The notes: generated by a model not told the origin, from the sequence alone. Positions 36,773 through 46,967 are shown, counted from the stretch's first letter. The stretch is 64,000 nucleotides of DNA from an uncultured Atopobiaceae bacterium (GCA_963538475.1 CAUTIE010000003.1:921-64920), one strand, 5' to 3'. Made by a program: numbers and translations.

Positions 36773-37759
36773 GTGAAAACAACCGAGCTCCTAGGCGCAA
36801 AGGTCCTTCTTCCCAAAAAGCCTGCTACAAAGGGCAAGCATGCGGGAGAAGAGCGGTTTTCCAAGTTAGGAAAAATCCACAACGTGGTTTTTGCCCCCTT
36901 CAAACAGGGTGAGTCTTCACAGGTAGTGGGTGTGATGGTTCAGAAGCCCGACATTGCTGGCATGATTAAGCAGGATGACGCGTTTGTCACGCTGGAGTCT
37001 CTGGAGACCATTGAGCAGGGACTTTGCGTAAAGGATCCCGAGAATAACGTCGATAAAGCAGCAATCAAGCGCTTGAACTTGGACTTTGATACCTGTATCT
37101 TGTGGCACGGTATGGAGGCTCGCACTAAGAGCGGGAAAAGCCTGGGCTACGTGAGTGGCGCAGAGTTTGACCAGGTTACTGGTATGGTCTCGGCATTTCT
37201 TGTGGGCGACGGTGCCGGATCTGAGGCGCTGGTAGGCTCGTTTGCCATCAAACCTGAGTGGCTGCTTGGCTATTCTAACGGCGCCATGGTCCTCTCTGAT
37301 GAAGCAGCAGATGCCCAGCTCACTGGCGGTCTAGCTGCAAAGGCAGGCGAGGGATACGCAGCCGCCGCCGCTAAGGCTTCCGAAGCTACAGCTAAAGCCG
37401 GAAAGGCTGTTGCAGAGGCTACCGAGAAGGGCGCGTTTGCCCTGGGTAAGACGCTGGCCAAGGCAAAGCGTGCTATCGAAGACGCTACTGAGCCTGACGC
37501 AGAAGACGATTCTGAGCGTCCAGCTCCCGTTGCTGCAGAGGATGTTCGCCTCGAGAAGCCATCTGCGAAGGAGCAGGTCGCTGCTGACAAAGCCACTGCA
37601 GAGAAGGCCGCGGCTAGTAAGCCTGCTGCTAAGCCTGCGAGCAAGTCGTCCACGCAGGCTACTGCAAACAAGGCAGCTAAGGGTTTTGGTATGCAGCTTG
37701 GCCGCATGGGCAAGATGTTCTCTGACTTCAAGGACGAGTTTGATAAGGCAAGCAAGTAA
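36773..37759 (+). CDS. PRC-barrel domain protein
   Basis: LGKIHNVVF and G..LGYV....FD...G.V PRC-like motifs; Ala/Lys-rich C-terminus. Confidence 0.75.
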   Translation: MKTTELLGAKVLLPKKPATKGKHAGEERFSKLGKIHNVVFAPFKQGESSQVVGVMVQKPDIAGMIKQDDAFVTLESLETIEQGLCVKDPENNVDKAAIKRLNLDFDTCILWHGMEARTKSGKSLGYVSGAEFDQVTGMVSAFLVGDGAGSEALVGSFAIKPEWLLGYSNGAMVLSDEAADAQLTGGLAAKAGEGYAAAAAKASEATAKAGKAVAEATEKGAFALGKTLAKAKRAIEDATEPDAEDDSERPAPVAAEDVRLEKPSAKEQVAADKATAEKAAASKPAAKPASKSSTQATANKAAKGFGMQLGRMGKMFSDFKDEFDKASK

Positions 37760-37785
37760 TAAGCCGCAGATAAACGCATAAAAAC

Positions 37786-37817
37786 AAAGGGCGAGAAGAT
37801 CGATCTTCTCGCCCTTT
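37786..37817. terminator. Bidirectional terminator formed by an inverted pair of the GGCGAGAAGATC motif
   Basis: Perfect 32-bp palindrome aaagggcgagaagatc/gatcttctcgcccttt between convergent genes. Confidence 0.8.
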
Positions 37818-37843
37818 TTGTGTTGCAGTTGCGTGATGTTTGC

Positions 37844-39235
37844 TTACAAGCCCATGGCCTGCAGAATGAACATCACAATAGTCAGGATGATAACGGTGAT
37901 GATGGTAAACCAGGTCAGCGCGTTCCAGATGCGGCCGTTGGCGTACTTGCCCATGATGTGTTTGTCGGCCGCGATGATAACCATAAAGATGAGCAAAATC
38001 GGCAACAGAATACCGTTGATGACCTGGGCGGCCATCATGATGCCAAAGAGGCTCATGCCTGGAATCAGAACAACCAGTGCAGAAATGACCAGGACGGTTG
38101 TAATAATGCCGTGGTAGACAGGGGCTTCCTGCCAGCTACGGTCGGCTCCGCGCTCCCAACCAAATGCCTCACAGATAGCGCTTGCGGTAATGCCTGGTAG
38201 AACGCATGCTGCAAGGAAGGACGCGCCAACCATGCCCAGCGCAAAGAGCGTACTTGCATACTGACCTGCAAGTGGTTCAAGCGCGCGAGCAGCGTCGGCA
38301 GCAGAGTCAACAGAGATTCCGCGAGGGAAGAGCACGGCGCCGGTGGTCAGCATGATGAACCAGGTAATGACCTCGGCCAGGATTGCGCCGGCAACATTGT
38401 CTGCACGCTGTGCAGGAATGTCGCTGGTATCAAGGTTCTTCTCGACAACATTTGATGCAACCAGGAAGATCATGTACGGGCTGATGGTGGTACCAATGTT
38501 TGCGACCAGCAGCGAAATGTAGGACGGGTCGGCGGAAGGCTGCGGAATAATGGTGACGCGCAGGGCCTCGCCCCAGTTAGGCTGAGCCAGCACGCCGGCC
38601 ACCACGTACGTGACAAAAATGCAGCTAATTGCCAGCAGAATCTTCTCGATGCGGCGGTACGATCCGCCAACAGTTAAGAGCCAGACCATCAGAGCGCTGA
38701 TAGGTACCGAGACGTACGTCGGGATGCCAAAGAGCTCCATACTGGACGCAATACCAGCGAATTCAGAGAAGGTAACAGCAATGTTGGAGAGCAGCAACGC
38801 ACCCATTGCCAGCGTGGACAGACGGATACCAAAGCGCTCGCGTACCAGCGACGCAATGCCTTTACCGGTGACACAGCCCATTCGAGCTGCGGTTTCTTGA
38901 ACTACGATCAGCAGGAAGCACATAAGCGGCACGGTCCACAGCTGCGAGTAGCCAAACGTAGCGCCTGCGCTGGAGTAGGTTGCAATGCCACCGGCGTCGT
39001 TACCAGCAAATGCGGCGAGAAGACCGGGACCCATTGCCATCAAGATGTACTTGATGCTGTTTTTGTTGACCGGAGCCTTCTCTTTAGATGCGCGTTTGCC
39101 CTGCTCGACAACGGCGCCCAGCTCTGCGGCTGAGCCTAGCTCTGCAACCGCGTCCTGTTCTGCAGCCGCGTCCTGCTCTGCAATCACGTCCTGCTCTACA
39201 GCTGTGCCTTTTACCTTTACGTTCTCCTGCGCCAT
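37844..39235 (-). CDS. NRAMP-family divalent cation transporter, NRMT (Mg2+) type
   Basis: MGPG, GNDAGGIATY (TM1), QETAARMG, GTTISPY (TM6) instead of DPGN/MPH. Confidence 0.9.
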   Translation of the reverse strand: MAQENVKVKGTAVEQDVIAEQDAAAEQDAVAELGSAAELGAVVEQGKRASKEKAPVNKNSIKYILMAMGPGLLAAFAGNDAGGIATYSSAGATFGYSQLWTVPLMCFLLIVVQETAARMGCVTGKGIASLVRERFGIRLSTLAMGALLLSNIAVTFSEFAGIASSMELFGIPTYVSVPISALMVWLLTVGGSYRRIEKILLAISCIFVTYVVAGVLAQPNWGEALRVTIIPQPSADPSYISLLVANIGTTISPYMIFLVASNVVEKNLDTSDIPAQRADNVAGAILAEVITWFIMLTTGAVLFPRGISVDSAADAARALEPLAGQYASTLFALGMVGASFLAACVLPGITASAICEAFGWERGADRSWQEAPVYHGIITTVLVISALVVLIPGMSLFGIMMAAQVINGILLPILLIFMVIIAADKHIMGKYANGRIWNALTWFTIITVIILTIVMFILQAMGL

Positions 39236-41122
39236 TTACATCACACCTACAAGCGAGAGGGCGTAAGAGAGGACGAAGAATGTCACCACCGAAAGGCTCA
39301 TGGAAATCAGGGTAAGCGTGAGACCTGAGGTTTCCTGGTTTTTCTCCTCACGATGGCGAAGTACAGCCAAGAAAATTGGGGTCAGCAGGAAGGAGAAGAG
39401 CGTAGAGCCAGCTGCTGCGCCAAAAATCTGAATAATGGTCTGGTCAAAGAGTGCTGCGTAGAATACGCCTGCAGTTGGATCGTACGGATGGAACAGAGCC
39501 TCTAGCAGGGCATGAGCTGCGGCGCCAAGAATGCAAATGAGTCCGCTGACCAGAAGACCCAGTAGAAGCGAGCGGAAGGCAAAGCCTAAGATAGACGGAG
39601 ACTTCTCGCTACCAGGATCGTCTGTGAGGAAGAAGTTTGTCACATAGTTGACGGTATTCTCGCTCAAGTTCAGCGAGATTGGCATGGTAATAGTGCAAAG
39701 AGCTGCGAAAATACCCATGATTGGATTAGATGTTGCAGCTGTTCCTACAAAGGCAGCAATCACAACGGAAGCAACCCAGAACAAGAGCCAGAGGTTGCGG
39801 TGGAGGAACCAAATAATGTTACGGCCACGGTCGCCAGAGTCGGAATCGCTTCTACCGCCACCAACAATCTGCAGGTCCTCGGCGTGCTCCTCTTCAAGAA
39901 CGTCAAGGGCGTCGTCGACGGTAACAATACCCAGCAGGCGGTTGTCGTCAGAAACAACAGGCATAGCCAGCAGGTTGTATTTTGCAATGTTACGAGCAAC
40001 GTCCTCCTGGTCGTCCTCTGGTGAGGCGGTGACCAGGTTCTTATTAGCAATCTCCTCCAGACGAGTTTCTGGCTCTGAGACAATCAGGCGGTTCAGGGTA
40101 ACGGTGCCGGACAGGCGACCATCCTCATCAGTAAGGTAGAGGTAGCGGACGGTCTCAAAGTCCTCGTCCAGGTTACGCAGGCGATCAAAGGCGTATGCAA
40201 CGGTCTGGTCCTCAGGAACAGAAAGCGCCTCGGACGTCATAATACGGCCAGCAGTGTACTCGCGATATCCCAGCAGCTGCCTAATGGCGCGCTGCTCCTT
40301 AACGCCCATCAAGCGCAGGAGTTTCTCGGCACGGTCGTAGCTCAGCTCGGAGACAAGCTCGGCTGCGTCGTCTGGGTCCATCTCGGACAGGATGCGAGAA
40401 GCTTCTTTTTCGTTCAGGCCACCGATGAGCTCAACCGCCATAGCGTCATCGTTGAACTCTGCCATTGCTCCGGCTCGCTGCTCGTCATCAAGCTGGGCAA
40501 ATACCTGGCTACGCAGACGAGAGTCCAGGCGCTCAATAATGTCAGCAACATCAGCAGGGTGCAGCTCGTCCAGCGTTTTGTGGGAAACGGAGAGCTTGAC
40601 GTTGGAGAGGTCGCGCTCAACCAGGTCCATGTAACTCCACGCAATGATGCGCTCCTGCATGGGGTGACCCATAGCGCGCGCAATGCGGGTGACCAGGTGC
40701 TCTAGCTGGGGAGAAAGGCTACGCAGCAGACCGCGTGCGCCAACCTCTGCGCCCAGAAGGCGAAGCTGCGTTGAGCTGGTATCGGAAAGCTTGAGGTCGT
40801 TTACGCGGACAACGCGAATGCCACGCGTATCAACAATCTGCTTGTTCAGAATATCTCGGGCCAGAAGAACTTCGTTAGGCTGCAGGTACGAGAAACGAAT
40901 CTCAGTTGAAGGCACCTTGAGCCTAATGACGTCCTCATCGTAGGTATCAACATACTTGCGCCAAGAAATCATCATTGGCGTGCGGCCAGGGCCCATAAAA
41001 GCCAGGGAAGTAATGCGAGGAAAAACTTCTCCGGTAGCAATTCCAAGGTCGGAGACAGAACCGATCTTCTCGCCTTCTGAATCTAGAACCGGATTACCCA
41101 TTAACTGGGAAAGATAAATCAT
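39236..41122 (-). CDS. MgtE-family protein (PRC barrels + MgtE_N + CBS pair + divergent TM domain)
   Basis: LHPADVAD, MDPDDAA, TAGRIMT, KYNLLAMPVV, LLGIVTVDD..DVLEEE. Confidence 0.9.
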   Translation of the reverse strand: MIYLSQLMGNPVLDSEGEKIGSVSDLGIATGEVFPRITSLAFMGPGRTPMMISWRKYVDTYDEDVIRLKVPSTEIRFSYLQPNEVLLARDILNKQIVDTRGIRVVRVNDLKLSDTSSTQLRLLGAEVGARGLLRSLSPQLEHLVTRIARAMGHPMQERIIAWSYMDLVERDLSNVKLSVSHKTLDELHPADVADIIERLDSRLRSQVFAQLDDEQRAGAMAEFNDDAMAVELIGGLNEKEASRILSEMDPDDAAELVSELSYDRAEKLLRLMGVKEQRAIRQLLGYREYTAGRIMTSEALSVPEDQTVAYAFDRLRNLDEDFETVRYLYLTDEDGRLSGTVTLNRLIVSEPETRLEEIANKNLVTASPEDDQEDVARNIAKYNLLAMPVVSDDNRLLGIVTVDDALDVLEEEHAEDLQIVGGGRSDSDSGDRGRNIIWFLHRNLWLLFWVASVVIAAFVGTAATSNPIMGIFAALCTITMPISLNLSENTVNYVTNFFLTDDPGSEKSPSILGFAFRSLLLGLLVSGLICILGAAAHALLEALFHPYDPTAGVFYAALFDQTIIQIFGAAAGSTLFSFLLTPIFLAVLRHREEKNQETSGLTLTLISMSLSVVTFFVLSYALSLVGVM

Positions 41123-41484
41123 GTGTGCTCCTTACATGCGTCCGAAGACTAAAGCGTGGCTTTTGGCGAGAAACTCCGCGTATTTGCCACGGGGACTGCA
41201 TTGCGATTTCACCCCTCACGGCGCAAATCGGCACACCGCAAGAGGTCAGCGACTGTGAGGTCGAGGTTTCATGCTGACCTTTCTCTTCAACCAATAGGAC
41301 GTGAATTGTGCTTGCGAGGACAATTCACAGATGTAACTATTTTAACGATTTTCTCGCGAGGCTGTAAAGACTCTTCACATAATCTAGCTGCTCGGATTTG
41401 GCTGTAGCCGACGTACGACCGGCGCGCGTGCGACGTGCGCAGTCAGCGCACGGCTGGCCCGATTAGCGAAGCTTGACAGCACAC

Positions 41485-41522
41485 AAAAAAGCCCGGTACC
41501 TGCGGAATGCAGATACCGGGCT
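41485..41522 (-). terminator. Terminator of lemA
   Basis: aaaaaagcccggtacctgc...gcagataccgggct. Confidence 0.7.
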
Positions 41523-41552
41523 GAGCTGGTACAAAGTGTAACGAAACAGCTC

Positions 41553-42095
41553 TTAGAACTGTACGTTTGGTGCCTGACGAGCGGACTCGTCGGTAACCTG
41601 GAAACTTGTACGTGGGGAACGTCCACCAGCAAGAAGGTTGTTTGGGAAAACAGCGATGATGTTGTTGTAGTTCATGACAACATCGTTGTAGCTCAAACGA
41701 GCATAGCTGAGGCGGTTCTCGGTGTCAGTAAGCTCTGCCTGGAGCTCCAGGAAGTTCTGGTTAGCCTTGAGCTCTGGGTAGTTCTCAACAACAGCAAACA
41801 GGTTGGTCAGAGCATTGGAAAGAGTGCCGGAAGCCTGCATCTTCTCTTCAGGAGTACGAGCGTTTGCGACTGCAGCGCGAGCAGAAGTAACTGCCTCAAA
41901 AGTCTTAGACTCGTGAGCTGCGTAACCCTTAACGGTGTTGACCAGGTTAGGAATCAGATCGTTACGACGCTGAAGCTGCGTATCGATAGCTGCCCAAGCG
42001 TTATCGCACCTGTTGCTTGCGCGAATGATGTTGTTGTGAATGCTAATGGCCCAGAAAACCAGAAGGACAATAACTACAACTGCGGCAATAATCAT
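41553..42095 (-). CDS. lemA: LemA family protein
   Basis: QLQRR.DLIPNLV.TVKGYA.HE, ENYPELKA.QNF..LQ.EL..TENR. Confidence 0.96.
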   Translation of the reverse strand: MIIAAVVVIVLLVFWAISIHNNIIRASNRCDNAWAAIDTQLQRRNDLIPNLVNTVKGYAAHESKTFEAVTSARAAVANARTPEEKMQASGTLSNALTNLFAVVENYPELKANQNFLELQAELTDTENRLSYARLSYNDVVMNYNNIIAVFPNNLLAGGRSPRTSFQVTDESARQAPNVQF

Positions 42096-42341
42096 GCTAA
42101 ATCCTTTCAATCACTGACAATCCTGTGTCAGCCATCCATTTGGACAGGTTAATTATACCCAAAACTAAAAATATAAGGCGTTTTTGATTAAAGCTTTTAA
42201 CTTTTTAAGGAGTCTTTCGGTGAATGGAATGCTCGCCCACACACTGGCGAGAAGAACGTTGAGCTAGAAATGACGTGAGATGGAATGTAGATTCTGGAAG
42301 TAAATCGTGGAAGTAAAACGTAAAAGTTGAGGTCCGCCAAA

Positions 42342-42434
<93 letters not shown>

Positions 42435-42645
42435 AAAGCGGTAATATCCTACCGCATAATTCAGTTTTTTGCGAGTAGGGGATTTAGCAAGTTCGGTTTT
42501 GCTTCATAATTAAGAGCTGACAAACAAGTGTCAGGTTACTGAAGGCTTTGCGTCAGAATGTGAAAGATAAGCGTCAGGTTCGTGACGGATTTGCGACAGA
42601 ACTGCGTAAGATTTGCGACAGCAATTGGACAAGAGAGGAGCAGCT

Positions 42646-43152
42646 ATGAGCGATGAAGCGCAAGAACCTTTGACTCCGCAGGCTGCTCTTGATCAGAAGT
42701 ACATGAAACTTGCTCTTGAACAGGCAGAACTTGCGGCTCAGATAGGAGAGGTGCCTATCGGAGCAGTTGTAGTGTGCGATGGAGAGGTTATTGCCGTTGC
42801 ACATAATCGTCGTGAGATTGATAACGACCCTTCTGCGCACGCTGAGTTTCTCGCCATGCAAGAGGCTTCAAAAAAGCTTGGCCGCTGGAGGCTTTCGGGC
42901 TGTACGGTGTACGTGACGCTGGAACCTTGCTTGATGTGTGCAGGATTGATGGTCAATGCTCGTATTGATCGCTGTGTGTTTGGCGCATTTGATCCCAAGG
43001 GTGGCGCAACGGGCACCTTGTTTGATGTGAGTAGCGACCCAAGACTTAACCACGAGTTTGCAGTCTCAGGCGGAGTATTAGCAGACGAAGCATCTGCACA
43101 GCTCAAAGCGTTCTTTAAGGAGCGCCGTAAAAGCAAAAGTTTGGAAAAATAA
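42646..43152 (+). CDS. tadA: tRNA-specific adenosine(34) deaminase
   Basis: GEVPIGAV, DPSAHAE, TLEPCLMCAG, DPKGGA, F.KERR. Confidence 0.96.
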   Translation: MSDEAQEPLTPQAALDQKYMKLALEQAELAAQIGEVPIGAVVVCDGEVIAVAHNRREIDNDPSAHAEFLAMQEASKKLGRWRLSGCTVYVTLEPCLMCAGLMVNARIDRCVFGAFDPKGGATGTLFDVSSDPRLNHEFAVSGGVLADEASAQLKAFFKERRKSKSLEK

Positions 43153-43166
43153 GAAGTCTGGAAGAA

Positions 43167-43661
43167 CTATTTAAAAGAAATTTTGATTTCAGTAGCGTTT
43201 ATCAGCAAAGTTTCCAGACCAATGAAGATTATTACAAGAATGAGCTTTATAGCCATTGAGATACTGAATACAAAAGATAGAGACGCGCTTACTAATAGAA
43301 ATAATGCAACTACAGAGATTGATATCAAAATCAATTTGTCATTACTTTCAGCGTCCTGAGCCTGAACTGCGTCTCCTTGGATATTTTGAACAGTTATTTT
43401 TTTATCAAAGACTATGGAAAGTGTGATAAAAGAATTTAAAAGCACGAGAAGAGCATAGAGATACCAATAGTTGTAAGAAACGAGAAGATAAAGAAAGCAG
43501 CCAGATAATACAGTCCTAAAAAATGAAACTTTACCCGTTCTATAAAATGTATGAAGACCTGCAAAACCGCCAATAAAAGCTAATAACCCATAGGTTAAGT
43601 AAGGTTGATATTTGTTTGAGGTTGCCTGTTTAGGTGAATCCCTGACATCCGTCTCAGCCAT
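43167..43661 (-). CDS. Hypothetical membrane protein (AT-rich)
   Basis: Hydrophobic ORF, RBS ggagg before ATG 43661. Confidence 0.65.
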   Translation of the reverse strand: MAETDVRDSPKQATSNKYQPYLTYGLLAFIGGFAGLHTFYRTGKVSFFRTVLSGCFLYLLVSYNYWYLYALLVLLNSFITLSIVFDKKITVQNIQGDAVQAQDAESNDKLILISISVVALFLLVSASLSFVFSISMAIKLILVIIFIGLETLLINATEIKISFK

Positions 43662-43783
43662 AAGAGCCTCCAAAGTATGCCATAAATGCCCTTATAAATT
43701 AGTAAAATAATTTATAAGAACATTATATCACAATATGGAATAAATCTCATAAAGTGTTCCTTGAAGAATGGATTGTAGGTTTT

Positions 43784-45103
43784 TTAAACCACTTGGAAAA
43801 TAAAGAAATCAAGGTAGTGACTCTCGGGAACACCCCAAAGAATTGGGTGGTCAGGAGCTTGCTGGCGCTCTTCAATTTGTTTAAGCTGCACGTTGGTGCG
43901 ATGTGCCGCCTCGGCAATTGCCTGGGCGAGAAGATCTCTGGTCATGAAGTGAGAGCAAGAACAAGTTGCTAGATAGCCACCTCGAGGTAACAGTTTCATG
44001 GCTGCAGCGTTGATTTCCTTGTAGCCGCGCATTGCGCTTCGAACCTTGTCGCGTGTCTTAGTGAATGCAGGTGGGTCCAAAATGATGAGGTCAAACGGAC
44101 CTCCCTCTGCTTTGAGCTGAGCACGGTCTTGCGCTAACTCTGGAAGGTATTCAAGAACATTTGCGCAGGTAAAGTCCATACGATCCGCCAAGCCGTTGAG
44201 CTCTGCATTTTGGCGCGCAAGGTCAATAGCGGTTTGGCTGACATCTACACAGCGGACAAATTCTGCTCCACCAGCTGCGGCGTTAAGACCAAAAGGACCA
44301 ACGTGGCAGAAGCAATCCAGTACACGGCGACCTTGTGCAAGTTGGCGGATTGCTCGACGGTTATATTTTTGATCTAAGAAAAAGCCGGTTTTTTGACTGT
44401 TCTCCAGGTCAAGATTGAACTTGAGTCCGTTTTCGGTTGCAAGAACATGAGTTGAAGGCAGAGTAAGGGCGCTTTCTGCAATCATGTCATTCTCGTCCGG
44501 TGAAGAGCCTGTCCACCAGCCCTTATATTGCGGAAGTCCCTCTTTAAGGCGAGAGGGGGAGTCATTTCTTTCGTAGATGCCATCAATCATCTGGCTGTCT
44601 GTAGATAAAACCTCAAGCAGCAGCGGATAGATAACGTCACGCAGACGCTCCATACCAACGGTTCCTACTTGCGAAACCAATACATTCTCGTAGCGGTCAA
44701 CTATTAAGCCTGGAAAGCCATCAGCCTCAGAGAAAATAACACGACAGCAATTGGTATCCGGCTCAGTACCAGGTAGAGCGCGGTTTCCCATAGTAGTTTT
44801 ACGATGTTCCCACGCCCAGCTAATCTTGCGACTCCAAAATGCCTCGTTGAGCCTATCGTTGGCATTTCTTGTCACAATTCTGACGCGAATCTTGCTCATT
44901 TCTGACAGAAGACCGGTTCCCTGGTAAGTACCGTTCTCTTCAAAGACATCAACAATGCAACCATTTTGGTGATGCTCGCCGCTTTCTGGAGATGGCTCCA
45001 TGCGGATAACCTCACCCTCAAAGACCCAAGGATGTCCACCTGCAAGTGCGCGAGCTGCTTTCTTAGTGACAATAACCTGGGGATATGGGCGAAGTTGCTT
45101 CAT
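43784..45103 (-). CDS. RlmI/RlmK-type SAM-dependent rRNA methyltransferase (PUA + MTase)
   Basis: GHPWVF, EADGFPGL.VDRY, QKTGFFLDQ, LDPPAF, TCSCS. Confidence 0.93.
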   Translation of the reverse strand: MKQLRPYPQVIVTKKAARALAGGHPWVFEGEVIRMEPSPESGEHHQNGCIVDVFEENGTYQGTGLLSEMSKIRVRIVTRNANDRLNEAFWSRKISWAWEHRKTTMGNRALPGTEPDTNCCRVIFSEADGFPGLIVDRYENVLVSQVGTVGMERLRDVIYPLLLEVLSTDSQMIDGIYERNDSPSRLKEGLPQYKGWWTGSSPDENDMIAESALTLPSTHVLATENGLKFNLDLENSQKTGFFLDQKYNRRAIRQLAQGRRVLDCFCHVGPFGLNAAAGGAEFVRCVDVSQTAIDLARQNAELNGLADRMDFTCANVLEYLPELAQDRAQLKAEGGPFDLIILDPPAFTKTRDKVRSAMRGYKEINAAAMKLLPRGGYLATCSCSHFMTRDLLAQAIAEAAHRTNVQLKQIEERQQAPDHPILWGVPESHYLDFFIFQVV

Positions 45104-45175
45104 GATTGTCCTTCTCGCGAGAAGCGCTTACAAAAATGCCAGGCGTCATGTGCGCCTAGCGTCGATGCTCAAAAG

Positions 45176-45556
45176 TTACAGAATCAAATTGCAGAGAGCC
45201 ATAAGAGGGAATATTGCCTGTTTAATGGCTGCGGAGCGTTTGTCGGGAGAAGTTACATAGAGAAGAATTGCGGCAAATTCCATTGAACATACAGCAAAGA
45301 TAACAAGCGCTTTACCTGCTGGATTTCTGGTAGCCATCAAAAAGACGCCTACAAATACCTCAATAGCAAGAAAAAGATTGTAAAATCCCTGGTTAAAAGC
45401 CATTTTTTCGGTGCTTTCTGCCTCTTCTTTTGTCATGTTAAAGGCCTTGAGTGTGCCGTCAGAAGTCCAGGCAAATGACTCAAGATAAAAAGCAACCACA
45501 TGAAGAGCTGCTGCTCCAAGAGCAAAAATTACACCAACGCCATTAAAAGGGCCCAT
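45176..45556 (-). CDS. DUF1304 family membrane protein
   Basis: H...YLE..AW, NQGFYN.FLA, KQA. Confidence 0.88.
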   Translation of the reverse strand: MGPFNGVGVIFALGAAALHVVAFYLESFAWTSDGTLKAFNMTKEEAESTEKMAFNQGFYNLFLAIEVFVGVFLMATRNPAGKALVIFAVCSMEFAAILLYVTSPDKRSAAIKQAIFPLMALCNLIL

Positions 45557-45599
45557 TTTGATTCCTTTACTGTATTAGCTGACTGCATTTGATTATAGA

Positions 45600-46967
45600 T
45601 TACGTGTGTCGGCCATATCTGCCGCCAAATCCAAATCCTTTACCTCTTGACCTTGAACCCGAGAACATCGAGCGCGTGGTCTTAGTGGTAGAGCGGGAGT
45701 CTTGGAGCATAATGCGTCCAGTATCGTAAGAAAAACCAGGTAGATCCCATGAAGGAATGAGCGCTTTTGTGAAATACTCAATTTCTCTGAGCGGTGTGAC
45801 TTCGTCTGGCCCCATAAACGTATAGGCCTGACCTGCGGCTCCTGCACGGCCTGTTCGGCCAATGCGGTGAACATAATCCTCGGGATCAAGTGGCACATCA
45901 AAATTGATAACAGCGTCAATGCCCTGGATATCAATGCCGCGGCTCATGACATCGGTTGCAACAAGAACCTGAATGGCGCCACTGCGGAATCGCTCCAGTG
46001 CTCTTGCGCGAGCTTTTTGCGGACGGTCCGCATGCATAACGTCAACCTTGAGACCTGCGGCTTTAAGGTTTTTGTAAATACTGTCAACGCGCGACTTTGT
46101 CCTACAGAACACCAACACACGCTCTGGCGCAGGATCAAACGAGTCGATAAGAGCCTTTAAGAGCTGCGGTTTTTGTCCCTGAGTGACCGAGCATAAATGT
46201 TGCTCGATTGTTGCTGCAGTTTGTCCAGTTCTTGCAATCTCAATGCGCTCCGGATCTTTAAGCAGGGCGTCTATAGTCGATGTGATTGATGCGGGGAGCG
46301 TTGCCGAGAAAAGCAGCGTTTGGTGTGCCTTGGGTAGCTGCTCCATAATGCGGTGAACGCTTGGCCAAAATCCCATGTCAAGCATGCGGTCCGCCTCGTC
46401 GAGTACCAGTACCTGGATGTTCTCTAGGCTTGTATGCTTCTTGTCGAGAAGATCAATCAAGCGGCCAGGTGTTGCCACCAGCACATCGCAACCATTTTTC
46501 AGCGCGGTTATTTGGTGCTTGTAGCGAGCGCCACCGGTAACAATGACGGCCTGCTGACCGGTGGATGCGCAAACGCTCTTGGCAACGGCATCAATTTGAG
46601 CAGCTAGCTCTCGCGTTGGCGTGATGATGAGCGCGCGGGGATATGCGTTGCGTTTGATGTCGCCTTGCTTGGCGTTGTGTTTAGCACCGCGCCCGGCGGC
46701 CGCGTTGGGTTTGGCGTTCGCGTTGGGCTCCCTGGCGTCGGGCTTCTCGGCCCCACTGGGTTTCTCGACAGCAATGCGCTGCAGCGTAGGCAACATAAAC
46801 GCTGCAGTTTTACCCGTTCCCGTTTGCGCTGACGCAACAACGTCCTTGCCCGCCAGGACGGCGGGAATTGCCGCGGCCTGCACGGGAGTGGGTGCGTTAA
46901 ACCCAAGAGTTGCTACGCCTGCCAGAATTTGCTCGTTTAGCCCGAGCTCGGCAAAAGTTATTTCCAT
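45600..46967 (-). CDS. DEAD-box RNA helicase
   Basis: AQTGTGKT, PTRELA, TPGRL, DEAD, SAT, SRGID, HRIGRTGR. Confidence 0.97.
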   Translation of the reverse strand: MEITFAELGLNEQILAGVATLGFNAPTPVQAAAIPAVLAGKDVVASAQTGTGKTAAFMLPTLQRIAVEKPSGAEKPDAREPNANAKPNAAAGRGAKHNAKQGDIKRNAYPRALIITPTRELAAQIDAVAKSVCASTGQQAVIVTGGARYKHQITALKNGCDVLVATPGRLIDLLDKKHTSLENIQVLVLDEADRMLDMGFWPSVHRIMEQLPKAHQTLLFSATLPASITSTIDALLKDPERIEIARTGQTAATIEQHLCSVTQGQKPQLLKALIDSFDPAPERVLVFCRTKSRVDSIYKNLKAAGLKVDVMHADRPQKARARALERFRSGAIQVLVATDVMSRGIDIQGIDAVINFDVPLDPEDYVHRIGRTGRAGAAGQAYTFMGPDEVTPLREIEYFTKALIPSWDLPGFSYDTGRIMLQDSRSTTKTTRSMFSGSRSRGKGFGFGGRYGRHT

